A stretch of 64,000 nucleotides of DNA from Bugula neritina (Eukaryota; Animalia; Bryozoa): contig CAXIUT010000205.1 in assembly GCA_964035545.1 (NCBI GenBank), forward strand, positions 1 to 64,000, written 5' to 3'. The translations under genes and the position numbers were made by a program. Positions 62,259 to 64,000 of this stretch are shown here, one piece after another (within the stretch, counting starts at the first letter, position 1; every line of letters begins with the position of its first letter). Below the pieces are notes generated by a model. The model did not search any database, was not told where the DNA came from, and worked only from the letters and a program-made list of their open reading frames with translations.

Positions 62259-63833
62259 ATGATGCTGCATTTATTTAAAACAAAACAAGTAGAAACAAAG
62301 AACGAATATATAGAGGGGTGATGTCGACTTATAGTCTCTAATGGTACCACATCTAGAGAAACAACTGAGCCTAATGAAATTTTAAACAACACAAAACGTA
62401 ATGTATTTAACAATAAAGCTAAAGGACTTTTTAGAAGAACAGAGGTAATATTCAAGGCTAATAGATACTATTCTACATCTACTCACCTAAAAGAGAGAAA
62501 GTTTTGTCTTGACGTGTTTTCCAAAGATTGTCTTGACTTGTTGTCCAATCTAACAAATAATCTTGTAACACAGAAGAGATTATTTGTTAGAGGTACTTCT
62601 AATTTTAATTATTTTAATTATTCTTATAAATCGAATAGGTATTTTAAATGAAATAGCTTATCTTATGAAAAAATGATTAAACTATTTTCTTATGAATTTA
62701 AAGAACTTAATAATGCCGTGCATATTTTTTTCTTTTCTTCTCTTTTAATTAAATATTTAGTATGTATATCTAAAAATAAAATATTTTTATTATTCAATGA
62801 ATTTATATTTTTTAAATTAAAGAATCTATTAAATATAATTTTTAAGAATTCTTTTAATAAGTTATTTAATTTAAATTATATAGAATATTTTTATATTTTT
62901 AATTACATCTACAAAAGAAAACATGATTTGTTTCTGTATAAATCCGAAGTAAAGAATTTATACAATAATGAGAAAGTACTTAGCTCTTTAAAAAAGAATT
63001 TACTTAATAAATTCTTTAGTAAGTATTGATTAAGAGGTAGTTACGTACATACATTTGTAATGAAATATATGTTACGCTTTTATAGAAACTTTTCTTCTAA
63101 AGAAGGTAAATATGTAAGACGTTCTTTTAAGAGATATAGCTTTCGTAAATTATTTGAACTAAATGCGAAGAATAATTGATTGGATAACATTTATAAGCCT
63201 TCTTCTAATAACAATTTAGAAAAAAAAATATTTCGTTACAAAAGTCTTTATAAAAAATATAAGTCTTTTTATAATACTTCTAATGTATCAGTCTACCGAG
63301 AAAATGGAATGGATAAAAGCCATTTGAAAAAAAAAATATTTCAGAAAAGATCTTTTAACAAACAAATATTTATTTATCAAATAAAAACATTATTTCACTT
63401 AAGTAAAAGTAATTTAAGAAGAAATCTCTTTTTGAATAATATACTAAAAACAAATTTTATTTTTAAACATAATAATTTGAAAAAGACTCTTATTAAAAAG
63501 TGTTTGACTAATTGATATTGAGAGAAAACAACAAATGCTATGAAAAAAAATAAGAGATTTTTTTTTAAAAACAATACTTATTTAAAAAAAAATATGAGAT
63601 ATGCTTCTTATTATTTTAATTCTTTTTTTAAATATGAAATAAAAATAATAAATTATTTTTATTTATATTTAAAAAAAAGTTTATTTTATTTAAAAAGTAC
63701 GGATATTTTTTCTATGTTCAAACAGTATATTTTCATTTATAAGTTCGATTGTACAAATATTAATATAGATAATTTAAATAAATTGTCTATCAACTTTTTT
63801 TTAAATTATAACGTAAACTTCTTAAAAAGTTAA
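62259..63833 (+). CDS. Hypothetical protein, 524 aa (wrap-around copy)
   Basis: Same as 4142-5716. Confidence 0.65.
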
Positions 63834-63856
63834 CTTTTTTTTTTATAAAAACAAAT

Positions 63857-64000
63857 ATGTTCTCTAAAAATTATAGACCTCGTCATTATTATAATAATAT
63901 TTTATTTACTCCTTGACCTTTTTTTATCGGTGTTTGTTTATTTCAAATAATATTTGTATTTATATTCTTATTAAATAAATATTATTTATTTAGTTATACA
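63857..64000 (+). CDS. cox3: cox3 5' fragment (wrap-around copy, cut by window edge)
   Basis: Same as 5740-5883. Confidence 0.85.

Larger units (their letters stand above)
58118..64000 (+). repeat. Repeat of positions 1-5883 (circular wrap or concatemer, unit 58,117 bp)
   Basis: Listed ORFs recur with identical translations at an offset of 58117. Confidence 0.97.

Noticed and set aside
58118-64000. Biological segmental duplication of ribosomal protein genes
   Set aside because: It runs to both window edges with identical translations and a gene continues seamlessly across the junction; best explained by circular wrap or concatemer.

Overview
The window is a complete, very AT-rich, gene-rich protist mitochondrial genome with a 58,117-bp unit. 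Positions 58118-64000 repeat positions 1-5883 (circular wrap-around or concatemer). It uses genetic code 4 (TGA=Trp, with a tRNA-Trp(UCA)), so the supplied ORF track fragments most genes; coordinates here were re-derived by hand under code 4. Content: nad1-9, nad4L, split nad11, cob, cox1-3, cox11, atp1/3/6/8/9 (possibly atp4), tatC, about 16-18 ribosomal proteins (several hugely expanded), rns, rnl, 15 recognisable tRNAs and several ORFans. All genes are on + except nad7. The combination atp3+cox11+nad8+tatC+giant rps3 suggests a discoban, probably heterolobosean (Naegleria-like), host; this is inference and no species is identified. Top finding: cox1 carries a 2.8-kb group II intron holding an RT-dead maturase fused in frame to exon 1 and, nested behind it, the only atp9 gene I can find. 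Other highlights: nad11 broken inside its CPV|GAL Fe-S motif by a 25-nt insert, pervasive predicted 5' tRNA editing, Ser/Leu tRNAs without long variable arms, three aberrant tRNA-like elements, a candidate divergent 5S rRNA, and a foreign-looking island with a double-hairpin element and a recently frameshifted acidic membrane ORF.
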